A DNA stretch of 64,000 nt from Candidatus Nealsonbacteria bacterium (GCA_030628945.1 DAOVPY010000002.1:87831-151830), one strand, 5' to 3'. Counted from the first letter of the stretch, positions 19,115-26,897 are shown. The notes: generated by a model not told the origin, from the letters alone. Program-made: numbers and translations.

Positions 19115-19981
19115 TTAAATGTAAATAATTTTTGATTCTAAATCGGCAAACTCTTTCCAATCTCCTTTTTCAAGAACCTGCCATTTTCCAAACATTTTTC
19201 TCATCGGACTTCCGTTATAAGTAGGTCTTTTTGGTCTTTCCAGTTTGCCTATAAGCCATTGATTTATTACCGGCGCCGAAAGGCAAATACTCAAAGTAAA
19301 TCCTAAATCCTCTCCTACCTTTGACTTCATAAATTTGTCAATCAAATCTTTTAGCTGTTCCGCGGAATATCTTTTAAGTTTGTCTTTTAAGAGCCTGCCC
19401 TCTTTTCCAAAAGCCATCTCCGGTTCAAATCCTTTTAAGATTTTACACTTCTCAATAAAATAATCTCTAATAGTGGCAACCGCCGAAGGCGGGTTGCTAC
19501 CACTTTGTTTCTCTTTGTTTCCTTTCTTTTGTGGGTTAAGTAACTTAACCTGTTTTGGTAAACTTTCTTTACCACTTCTAGTTAACTTTCTTAACTGGTT
19601 AACTTTCTTAACCACCTCGTCTGCCACCTCTCTCATATCTCTATTTTCAAATAATTTAAGGTTAATTTCGTAATAATTACCTCCCGGGGTTTTAATTACC
19701 TTGACTAAATCGGCTCCTATAAGATTTTTTAATGCCTCTACTACGCTTGGTCTTGAAAGACCGGCGCCATAATCTAATTGTTTGTCATTTCTATCTTTTA
19801 TTCCCTTTACAAATTGGGTTAAACTGATTCGGTCTCTTTCCTTGTGAAATCCATAAGTGCGCCGACAGATGTATCTTAAACATCTTATTTCTCCCTCTGG
19901 AATGCGAGGCTCAATCAAATCGCTAATTATATTCGGTGTCTGTGTTGAATTTGGTATTAATTTGTTTTCTTTTTCCTCCAT
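19115..19981 (-). CDS. Phage replication initiator / replisome-organiser-like protein
   Basis: N-terminal RCLRYICRRTYGFHKERDRISLTQF pattern, typical of phage replication protein O / replisome organiser N-domains. Confidence 0.55.
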   Translation of the reverse strand: MEEKENKLIPNSTQTPNIISDLIEPRIPEGEIRCLRYICRRTYGFHKERDRISLTQFVKGIKDRNDKQLDYGAGLSRPSVVEALKNLIGADLVKVIKTPGGNYYEINLKLFENRDMREVADEVVKKVNQLRKLTRSGKESLPKQVKLLNPQKKGNKEKQSGSNPPSAVATIRDYFIEKCKILKGFEPEMAFGKEGRLLKDKLKRYSAEQLKDLIDKFMKSKVGEDLGFTLSICLSAPVINQWLIGKLERPKRPTYNGSPMRKMFGKWQVLEKGDWKEFADLESKIIYI

Positions 19982-19986
19982 TTTTA

Positions 19987-20427
19987 CTACTTATATTTAA
20001 TTTTATATTTCCGGTATTTTTCTTTAATCCAGATTGTCATGGTTTTCTCATCAATTAAAACTGAGATAAATTGCTTTTTAGAAGTTTCTTTCGGTTCGGT
20101 CAATTCTTTTTTAATAAAAACCCATTTTATTTCTTTGCCCCATTTTTTAACTTCCTTTGGGAATTTAGGATATTTCCGGCAAAATTCCAAACAATACCAC
20201 AAATCCCTTTCGCCTTTATTTAAATCTACTGCACACCTATGCAGTGATTTTGTTATTCCTTTATCCTCGTCTTGTAAAATCCGCTCGCCTATTTCCCACT
20301 TACCTAAAATCTTTTCATATTCCGAGTTGAAAGTTCTCTCTACTACAATCGCTTTTAAATCATCAATCAAATTTTGATACCACTCCTCTTTTTGTAAAAT
20401 CGTTGTTAATTCCTTGTTTTTACTCAT
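19987..20427 (-). CDS. Hypothetical protein
   Basis: 146-aa ORF. Confidence 0.35.
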   Translation of the reverse strand: MSKNKELTTILQKEEWYQNLIDDLKAIVVERTFNSEYEKILGKWEIGERILQDEDKGITKSLHRCAVDLNKGERDLWYCLEFCRKYPKFPKEVKKWGKEIKWVFIKKELTEPKETSKKQFISVLIDEKTMTIWIKEKYRKYKIKYK

Positions 20428-20536
20428 ACCTCTTGAAACGGCTTGTCAGGATTGCCCTGATGCTTCTTGAATTATTGAGTTGTAGTAATAGACCTCTAAT
20501 TAGATTGCCCGGTTTCGGGCAATCTCAATCAATTGT

Positions 20537-20818
20537 CTATCTTGCCGGTGACTCACCTTTTGGAATTACCTTTTTAACTATCACTTGCGGTTTTGTAGGA
20601 TACTTATCTAGCGGATATTTTTCTAACACCTTATCAGATAATCTCTCAATAAAATTTCTAACTTTTCTTATGTGATGGCAAACCTTTTTCATTTCCGCGG
20701 CAAAGCAATCGCATCTCATTTCTCCGTTGGTATAAATTTCAACTATGTGAAATGTGCCCGGTTCTGATTTACTCGGTATTTTTAATTTCCAAAGAAGTTT
20801 AGTATTTTGGTTTTCCAT
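20537..20818 (-). CDS. SWIM zinc-finger protein
   Basis: CDCFAAEMKKVCHHIRKV = CxC..CxH SWIM signature. Confidence 0.6.
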   Translation of the reverse strand: MENQNTKLLWKLKIPSKSEPGTFHIVEIYTNGEMRCDCFAAEMKKVCHHIRKVRNFIERLSDKVLEKYPLDKYPTKPQVIVKKVIPKGESPAR

Positions 20819-21536
20819 AACCCAATTCTTTTAATCTATTTTTAAGTGCCAAGCAGGCGAGGAACGCTTTTTTATCCGCTTCGTCATTATCTAATTCTTT
20901 TACTTCAAATTCCCCTGTCTCTTTTCCAAATCTAACAATTATTCTTTTATCAAATTTCTTTCCAGTTTCTTCTTCGTAAGCAATCTGATAACCGGATACT
21001 TGAAATCTCATCTCGTCATAAATTCCATTTGAACTCTTAAAATCTACAAGCACTAATTCCTTTCCCTTTTTGGCTACTGCGTCTAAAATCCCCGCATATC
21101 CATACTTTTTTGAATAAACTATCCTTTCACTGTCAATCCATTTGAATTTATGCTCTTTCTGAAATTTTAGAAAAGCGGTTATTCCATTGACTACTTTTTC
21201 CTCCTCGGGCATTTTCGGTTTCTTGCCTAATATCCAATCGCTACACCATTGATGTATCTGTGTTCCCATATCCGCGGCTTTCTTTTTGAACGCCCTGTGT
21301 TGCTTACTCGCTTCTATAATATCCATTTCTACAATCTGTCCGGACTGTATCTTTTCTAATAGATAATCCCGCGCTAAATTGACTGCCCAATACATTAACG
21401 GCCCCGATTTATCAATTACTCCGGTCACTCCGGTCACTGATGTCAGGTATTCTCCGTTCGGGCCATAGAAGACATGGCGACCGTCATCGAACCTAATTGT
21501 TATTTTTTTGTCGTATAATGAATATTCTTTTAACAT
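20799..21536 (-). CDS. PD-(D/E)XK recombination exonuclease
   Basis: GILDAV...LVLVDFKSS core. Adjacent to the annealase, as in phage recombination modules. Confidence 0.6.
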   Translation of the reverse strand: MLKEYSLYDKKITIRFDDGRHVFYGPNGEYLTSVTGVTGVIDKSGPLMYWAVNLARDYLLEKIQSGQIVEMDIIEASKQHRAFKKKAADMGTQIHQWCSDWILGKKPKMPEEEKVVNGITAFLKFQKEHKFKWIDSERIVYSKKYGYAGILDAVAKKGKELVLVDFKSSNGIYDEMRFQVSGYQIAYEEETGKKFDKRIIVRFGKETGEFEVKELDNDEADKKAFLACLALKNRLKELGYGKPKY

Positions 21537-21542
21537 ATTATT

Positions 21543-22277
21543 TTACTTTTTTACTTGCTTAATTAATAATGCTGCCAATATCATGGTCGCTTGTGTTCTG
21601 GTCATGCTCTTCCAACTAATCGTCAATCCGATCTTTCGCTCTATTCCTCCAATGGTATTGATCCCCATTTCCCTGGCGATTTTTTTAATTCTTTCTTTCT
21701 CTGTTTCACTGGCAAACAATTTTTCAGTTTTATTTTCTGCCGGTTTCCCATTGCCGTTCTCCGGAGAAATAAACTTTTTATCTACTCTCTGAATTTCTTT
21801 GAATTCCTCTTTACCATAGATATCTGAGGCAATTCCTAACTCAGCGGCGCACTTTTTCAGAGCATCAGTGGCGGCCGCTTTCAAATCATTTCCATAATCA
21901 AGTGGGATTTTTGTGTTTTTCTTGAACTTTACATCGGCCCGGCCGAATTGCTCTTTAACTATCATCGCTTCTCCTTTCTTATTCTTAATGGTCAATCTAC
22001 CTTGAACCCACACCAAATCTCCTTCTCGGCCCTTGTCTTTAATTTCAAAATCCCATAGCCAGCCGAATGTATAATTGAGAATCTTTTTAACATAAACCCC
22101 TGTCACATAATCCCAAGTTCCGCCGCCTTTTCCCGGACGGTGATAGATGTGCTCCGCTGGGGTTTGTTGAGTGATAAAGAGCAACTGCTGAGCTTTGAGA
22201 AGCCCCGGAATTAACATCATCTTTTTTGTTATTTTCCTGGCTTCTTGCGCTTTAACCAATGCTTTAGTTTTAGCCAT
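21543..22277 (-). CDS. Rad52/Sak-type single-strand annealing protein
   Basis: WVQGRLTIKN...EQFG beta-hairpin region and KKCAAELGIASDIYG, typical of Rad52-family SSAPs. Confidence 0.65.
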   Translation of the reverse strand: MAKTKALVKAQEARKITKKMMLIPGLLKAQQLLFITQQTPAEHIYHRPGKGGGTWDYVTGVYVKKILNYTFGWLWDFEIKDKGREGDLVWVQGRLTIKNKKGEAMIVKEQFGRADVKFKKNTKIPLDYGNDLKAAATDALKKCAAELGIASDIYGKEEFKEIQRVDKKFISPENGNGKPAENKTEKLFASETEKERIKKIAREMGINTIGGIERKIGLTISWKSMTRTQATMILAALLIKQVKK

Positions 22278-22366
22278 TTTAATTTTGGTAAGATGTAGGG
22301 GCTGAAGGGTTGGGTTGCCCTAAAACTTCAGCACCCACATCTGCAACCTAACTTTTATTTCGACTT

Positions 22367-22576
22367 TTATAATTGTTCTTCTCTCGCCGCTTCCTCGGCC
22401 GCTCTATCGCACATTTCTTTTTCAGTTTCTATATCATGTCTTTCAATTGTGCCTCCGATTGGATTTTCTTCCGAGCAATTTTGTTCATCACGATTTCTAA
22501 TATATGAAGGAATATCCTCATAATCATAACTTTCTCCGTGAACTCGTATGACTTCTTTTTCTTCTTTTTTAGTCAT
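22367..22576 (-). CDS. Hypothetical acidic protein
   Basis: 69-aa ORF; first gene of the phage block next to rpsI. Confidence 0.35.
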   Translation of the reverse strand: MTKKEEKEVIRVHGESYDYEDIPSYIRNRDEQNCSEENPIGGTIERHDIETEKEMCDRAAEEAAREEQL

Positions 22577-22627
22577 CTTTTTTTACTTTTTAATTTTCTA
22601 CCGATCCGACTTTTAATGTTTTATAAT

Positions 22628-22667
22628 AAAAAATCGGCAGTTCACTTAGAACTACCGATTTTTATTC
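22628..22667 (-). terminator. Hairpin + U-run after rpsI (bidirectional)
   Basis: aatcggcagtt/aactaccgatt stem flanked by A- and T-runs. Confidence 0.55.
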
Positions 22668-22695
22668 TAATCCTTATAGAGTTTTGCCCTACAAT

Positions 22696-23274
22696 TTACC
22701 GCTTTGCCCACTGGGGCGCGCGACGGGCTCGTTTGAGGCCGAATTTTTTTCTCTCTCTCATCCTTGAATCACGGGTTAAGTACCCCGCTTTTCTCAAACG
22801 TTTTTGGAAATCCGGATTAAAAAGAATGAGAATTCGGGCTGTTCCGTGCCTCACTGCTTCTGCCTGACCCTGCACTCCTCCTCCTCTTACCTTAACTAAA
22901 ACCCTAAACCTATCAAGGCATTTCATTTTTCTTAAAGAAGCGCTGGCAGTTTGTTGAAGTTCTTGAGTGGGAAAATACTCTTGATAAGGCTTATTATTTA
23001 TTAAAAATTCATTTTCTCCCCTAGTCCATAGCTGCACCCGGGCCACAGCGGTCTTTCTTCGACCGATTGCTCCTAAATACCGGGCCGGCTTTTTCACAAG
23101 TTTTTTTACTCCGTTAAATTGCTCGCCCTTGGGGCGAGCACCCCCGCTTTTAGCGGGGGATTTAACAGGGTGAACCTTTTTAGAAACCGCCTTCTTGGAC
23201 ACTGCTTTTTTCTTTAATTTTTTAGCATCCTTTGGCTGTTTTTTTAATTTGGCTGTTTTTTTAGTTATTGACAT
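22696..23274 (-). CDS. rpsI: 30S ribosomal protein S9 with ~60-aa Lys-rich N-terminal extension
   Basis: GRRKTAVARV...; C-terminal RRAPQWAKR. Confidence 0.95.
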   Translation of the reverse strand: MSITKKTAKLKKQPKDAKKLKKKAVSKKAVSKKVHPVKSPAKSGGARPKGEQFNGVKKLVKKPARYLGAIGRRKTAVARVQLWTRGENEFLINNKPYQEYFPTQELQQTASASLRKMKCLDRFRVLVKVRGGGVQGQAEAVRHGTARILILFNPDFQKRLRKAGYLTRDSRMRERKKFGLKRARRAPQWAKR

Positions 23275-23276
23275 AC

Positions 23277-23624
23277 TTATTCAAATTTTAGCCGTTTTAT
23301 TATTTTGGCTCTCAGCTTATTTTTGGGCAGCATGCCAAATACCGCTTTTTTGAAAACTTCTTCCGGATTCTTTTCAAAAAGTTTTTTCATGGGCATTTCC
23401 TTTAAGCCGCCTAAATATCCGCTATGATGATAATAAATCTTCTGGTCTATTTTTTTACCGGTTAATTTTATTTTCCCGGCATTCTTGATAATAACAAAAT
23501 CGCCTTCATTTTTATAAGGAGCGTAATCAGGCTTATGCTTGCCGCGCAGCAATATAGCAACTTCAGTGGCTAATCGTCCTAAAACTTTATTGGCAGCGTC
23601 TATGGTATGGGTATTTCTTTCCAT
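23277..23624 (-). CDS. rplM: 50S ribosomal protein L13 (short form)
   Basis: VLGRLATEVAILLRGKHKP, HHSGYLGG. Confidence 0.9.
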   Translation of the reverse strand: MERNTHTIDAANKVLGRLATEVAILLRGKHKPDYAPYKNEGDFVIIKNAGKIKLTGKKIDQKIYYHHSGYLGGLKEMPMKKLFEKNPEEVFKKAVFGMLPKNKLRAKIIKRLKFE

Positions 23625-23627
23625 ATT

Positions 23628-23978
23628 TTACTTTAATAATTCAATAATAGCCATTTTGGCACTGTCGCTCTTTCTCTGTCCCAGCTTAATTATTCGAGTA
23701 TATCCTCCTTTTCTCTCTTTATATCTCGGCGCAATCTCATCAACTACCTTCTTAGCGACTTTTTGGGAAAGATACTCAGAGAATCTTCTTCTTGAAGATA
23801 GGCCGCCCTTGCGAAACTGGGTTATAATTTTTTCCGCAATAATGGAAACTTCTTTTGCTTTGGCTTCAGTGGTTTTAATCTTTTCATTCAAAAAAAGCGC
23901 TCTAACCAATGATTTTAATAGGGCTTTTCGCTGGTCTTTTTTCAGACTAAATTTTCTTCCTCGTTTAAGTTTGCGCAT
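23628..23978 (-). CDS. rplQ: 50S ribosomal protein L17
   Basis: MRKLKRGRKFS...ALLKSLVRALF...TTEAKAKE...GGYTRI. Confidence 0.9.
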   Translation of the reverse strand: MRKLKRGRKFSLKKDQRKALLKSLVRALFLNEKIKTTEAKAKEVSIIAEKIITQFRKGGLSSRRRFSEYLSQKVAKKVVDEIAPRYKERKGGYTRIIKLGQRKSDSAKMAIIELLK

Positions 23979-23980
23979 GT

Positions 23981-24814
23981 TTACCGCTTTTTTGACGACT
24001 TGTTTTTTGACGACTTGGCCGGCTTTGTCCTCGCCGAAGAAAACTTTTTCTTGCGAATTATGTCCGGCTTTTTTGCCTTTCTGGACTTTTTCTCTTTTGC
24101 CAAAGGCTTAACTCTCGGAAATTTCTCTTTTACTTTAAATGACTCTGAAAGCAAAGAAAAATGTTCAATTAAAATTTCCGAGGCCTGAAAAAAAGCGCTT
24201 TGCGGGCTTAGAGTTCCATCTGTCTCAATTTCTAAAATCAATTTATCAAAATCTGTCCGCTCCCCCACTCTCATATTTTCAATTTCATAGCTCACTTTTT
24301 TAATTGGGGTAAAAATCGCGTCCAAAGCAATAACCCCGATCTCTAATTTTTCCTTCTTTCTCCTTTCAACCGGCTCATAGCCCATTCCTTTTTTAATTAA
24401 AATTTCCATTTCTATGGCTGCTTTTTTGTCAGTTAGGGTCGCAATATGAGCATTTTTATTAATAAGTTCTACCTGGGAAGGAAATTTAAAGTCAGAACCC
24501 CTTATTTTTTTCTCCCCCTTAATGGAAAGAGTCGCGGAAACCGGCTCCTCAGTGTAAATCTTGAATCTCAACTGCTTTAAATTCATCATAATTGTAATCA
24601 CATCCTCCAGTACGCCGGGAATGGTTGAAAATTCATGTTGAATGCCTTTAATTTTCATCTGAATAACGGCCGCTCCAGACAAAGAAGATAATAAAACGCG
24701 GCGCAAACTATTGCCGATAGTAATGCCATAGCCCGGATATAAGCCGCTCATGCTAAACCGGGCATGGTTATCTCCTGTTTTAATAATTTTTGGCAAAGAT
24801 GGTAAAGAAATCAT
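23981..24814 (-). CDS. rpoA: RNA polymerase alpha subunit: N-terminal domain only, with a Lys-rich tail
   Basis: GYGITIGNSLRRVLLSSL and the rest of the alpha-NTD. The last ~50 aa are KEKKSRKAKKP...SSKNKSSKKR, with no helix-hairpin-helix CTD. Confidence 0.9.
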   Translation of the reverse strand: MISLPSLPKIIKTGDNHARFSMSGLYPGYGITIGNSLRRVLLSSLSGAAVIQMKIKGIQHEFSTIPGVLEDVITIMMNLKQLRFKIYTEEPVSATLSIKGEKKIRGSDFKFPSQVELINKNAHIATLTDKKAAIEMEILIKKGMGYEPVERRKKEKLEIGVIALDAIFTPIKKVSYEIENMRVGERTDFDKLILEIETDGTLSPQSAFFQASEILIEHFSLLSESFKVKEKFPRVKPLAKEKKSRKAKKPDIIRKKKFSSARTKPAKSSKNKSSKKR

Positions 24815-24944
24815 ACTTTAAAAATGTAAAGCTGAAAGCGAAAAATTTAAAGCAACAGTTCAAAACTTAAAACTTTTAATTAAATTTTGTTTTGAATTTT
24901 TAGTTGTTATTTTGCTTTTTTCGCTTTACACTTTACACTTTAGT

Positions 24945-25595
24945 TTATCGTGAATAATACTCAAATACTGCCGCGATTTCCACTGGCGGCGCCGCTTCTT
25001 CCAGGGAAGGCAAATCAATAATCTCTCCCTCTATCTTCTCTATATCAAATTTAAGCCAGGAAGGCGGCTGTCTTTTCTTCAAGGATGGAATTAAATCCTG
25101 AAAAAATTTCTTTTTTAAGGAAACTGCCCTGATAGCGATTTTGTCTCCCTTTTTCAGCGGATGAGACGGAATATTTACCGGCTTCTTATTTACAAGAAAA
25201 TGGCCGTAAGAAACTATTTGCCGCGACTGGGACCGGGAGGAAGCGAAACCGAGTCGAAAAATTACATTATCTAAACGGGTCTCTAATTTTCTGATTAAAA
25301 CAACGGCTGAATTTGCTTCTTCGGTTGAATCCCCTGTTTTCCCTCTTGTTGCCAAACTTTCTTTTACATATCTTTTGAATTGATGTTCGCTTAAATTATA
25401 CCATTTTTTTAATTTCTGTTTTTCTTTCAACTCTTTTCCATACTCAGAAAGAGAGCGGGCTCTTCTTTTTCCTTTTATGCCAGGGGCATAGGGTTTCCTT
25501 ACCATGGGACATTTAGACGACGTACATTTGTCGCCTTTGAGAAAAAGTTTTGCCCCCAATCTTCTACATATTTTACATTTATTATTAGTCAACAT
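24945..25595 (-). CDS. rpsD: 30S ribosomal protein S4
   Basis: MLTNNKCKICRRLGAKLFLKGDKC... Start moved from the GTG-extended ORF to the ATG at 25595. Confidence 0.9.
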   Translation of the reverse strand: MLTNNKCKICRRLGAKLFLKGDKCTSSKCPMVRKPYAPGIKGKRRARSLSEYGKELKEKQKLKKWYNLSEHQFKRYVKESLATRGKTGDSTEEANSAVVLIRKLETRLDNVIFRLGFASSRSQSRQIVSYGHFLVNKKPVNIPSHPLKKGDKIAIRAVSLKKKFFQDLIPSLKKRQPPSWLKFDIEKIEGEIIDLPSLEEAAPPVEIAAVFEYYSR

Positions 25596-25597
25596 AA

Positions 25598-25654
25598 TTA
25601 AACTCGCCTTACCTTTGGCGGCCTGCAGCCGTTGTGTGGTATCGGCGTAATATC
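25598..25654 (-). pseudogene. Relic second copy of the rpsK 3' end (18 codons + stop)
   Basis: Encodes [18 protein letters not shown], identical in protein to the S11 C-terminus but with 13 of 18 codons synonymous-different. Its stop lies 2 nt before the rpsD ATG. Confidence 0.75.
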
Positions 25655-25727
25655 GCCATGTGAGGGACACCTAAGGTTTCCCTCACCTCCCTTCCTAAGA
25701 TGTAAATCAGGCATTAGTTAAAATAAA

Positions 25728-26180
25728 TTATACCCTCCTCACTTTTGGTGGTCGACATCCATTGTGAGGTATGGGCGTAATATCTTTAATGGAAATAACT
25801 TCAAAACCTCTATTGGCTAAAGACCGAAGAGCGGAATCCCGGCCGCTGCCGATTCCTTTCACAAAAATAGCAATTTTTTCCATTCCCCTTTTTCTGGCTC
25901 TCTGGACTAAAGCTTCCGCGGTTTTAGAAGCGGCAAATGGTGTGGCTTTTTTGGTCCCCTTAAATCCAATATTGCCGGCGCTCACCCAGTCCAATACATT
26001 TCCTCGGGAGTCGGTTAAGGTTATTATGGTGTTATTATAAGAAGCCGAAATATAAACTCGCCCTTCGGTAATTCTCCTCGAGGTTTTTGTCTTGACTTCT
26101 TTCTTTGTCGCTGCCTCTACCTTTTCTCTTTCTTTCAGCAGCTCCTCTTCTGATTGTTGTATAATACGTTTTTTACCCAT
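25728..26180 (-). CDS. rpsK: 30S ribosomal protein S11
   Basis: ASYNNTIITLTD..GN...SAG..GFKG.RK.TPFAA; C-terminal [13 protein letters not shown]. Confidence 0.95.
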   Translation of the reverse strand: MGKKRIIQQSEEELLKEREKVEAATKKEVKTKTSRRITEGRVYISASYNNTIITLTDSRGNVLDWVSAGNIGFKGTKKATPFAASKTAEALVQRARKRGMEKIAIFVKGIGSGRDSALRSLANRGFEVISIKDITPIPHNGCRPPKVRRV

Positions 26181-26183
26181 GAT

Positions 26184-26573
26184 TTACTTGGGGGCGGGCG
26201 CCGCTTTCTTGCCGCTACCCACTGTTTTTCTAACATTTCCCCGCACTGTCCTTGTATTGGTTTGGGTTTTCTGTCCCCGCGCCGGCAAACCCTTTATATG
26301 GCGAATTCCTCGCCAACAACTAATATCTCTTAATCGTTTTAAGGCGAGCATTTTCTCCCGACGGAGAGTTCCTTCAATTTTATATCTTTTTTCAATAATT
26401 TCTCTTAATTGATTTACTTCCTCTGACGTTAATTTGGAGGAGCGAGCGTGAAAATCAATTTTTATTTCACGCAAAATTTTCCTGCTCAAAGACCGGCCTA
26501 TTCCGTAGATGTAGGTTAGGGCTATCTCTATCTGTTTATTCTCTGGTATATTGACTCCAGCTATACGTGGCAT
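26184..26573 (-). CDS. rpsM: 30S ribosomal protein S13
   Basis: [26 protein letters not shown]... Confidence 0.95.
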   Translation of the reverse strand: MPRIAGVNIPENKQIEIALTYIYGIGRSLSRKILREIKIDFHARSSKLTSEEVNQLREIIEKRYKIEGTLRREKMLALKRLRDISCWRGIRHIKGLPARGQKTQTNTRTVRGNVRKTVGSGKKAAPAPK

Positions 26574-26620
26574 AAAACTTTAAAATTTTTAATTTTTAAT
26601 TTTTAATTTTTAAAATATTA

Positions 26621-26780
26621 AAGCGAGGAATGTGGTTTCAGGGACACTCAAGGCTGCGAGCGGGCATGGTTCCGAGCGAACGGAGCGAGCGAGGAGAGCG
26701 AGTAATTTATTCTGCCTTGCGTGAGCGAGCCAGCCACGCTGGGGCTGGCGAGCGACCCCTGAAACCAGCATTCCGAGCGT
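26621..26780. repeat. GGAATGTGGTTT-type structured intergenic element, copy A (GC-rich core)
   Basis: Terminal inverted repeats gaggaatgtggtttcaggg / ccctgaaaccagcattccgagcg. Abuts the rpmJ stop. Confidence 0.7.
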
Positions 26781-26897
26781 TCATCCTTGACGTTGTTTGT
26801 GCCTCGGATTTTTTTTGCAAATAACATAAACTCGTCCTTTTCTTCGGACGATTTTACAATCTTTACAAATTTTTTTAACCGACGGCCGAACTTTCAT
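26781..26897 (-). CDS. rpmJ: 50S ribosomal protein L36
   Basis: Found manually: [38 protein letters not shown]. Confidence 0.9.
   Translation of the reverse strand: MKVRPSVKKICKDCKIVRRKGRVYVICKKNPRHKQRQG

Larger units (their letters stand above)
1..22600 (-). mobile_element. Phage-derived block (prophage or remnant), truncated by the left window edge
   Basis: Co-directional minus-strand modules: recombination, replication initiator, ParB/ATPase, tRNA, methyltransferase, terminase small+large, portal, scaffold, capsid. Block ends about 100 nt from the rpsI stop. No integrase or att repeat inside the window. Confidence 0.7.

Noticed and set aside
22577-22695. attR or integrase at the phage/rpsI junction
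   Set aside because: Only a terminator hairpin and one AAAGTCGG-type motif are present. No direct repeat of host sequence or recombinase ORF could be found in the window.
23539-24111. 190-aa plus-strand ORF, together with similar long plus-strand ORFs at 41320-41784, 47153-47614, 47708-48130, 52480-52950, 13009-13350 and 20039-20377
   Set aside because: All lie antisense to strongly supported genes (rplM/rplQ/rpoA, rpsQ/rpmC, rpsJ/tuf, fusA, phage genes). Their composition is low-complexity Ser/Phe/Leu-rich, typical of shadow frames in AT-rich DNA.
25596-25670. N-terminal extension of the rpsD ORF (GTG start, [25 protein letters not shown])
   Set aside because: This is an out-of-frame reading of the relic rpsK 3' end. 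S4 homology begins at MLTNNKCKICRR. Similar over-extended starts were trimmed for rplD, alaS, rpsQ, rpsJ, the permease and several phage ORFs.
25598-25780. Translational bypass (T4 gene-60-like hop) or an intron joining the two rpsK 3' ends
   Set aside because: The first copy is complete and has its own in-frame stop, so no hop is needed to make full-length S11. The ~70-nt gap is too small for a self-splicing intron.
26630-26824. 64-aa plus-strand ORF (MWFQGHSRLRAG...)
   Set aside because: Lies entirely within repeat element copy A and antisense to rpmJ. ORFs 51110-51301 and 51114-51380 likewise fall in element copy C and the fusA 3' end.
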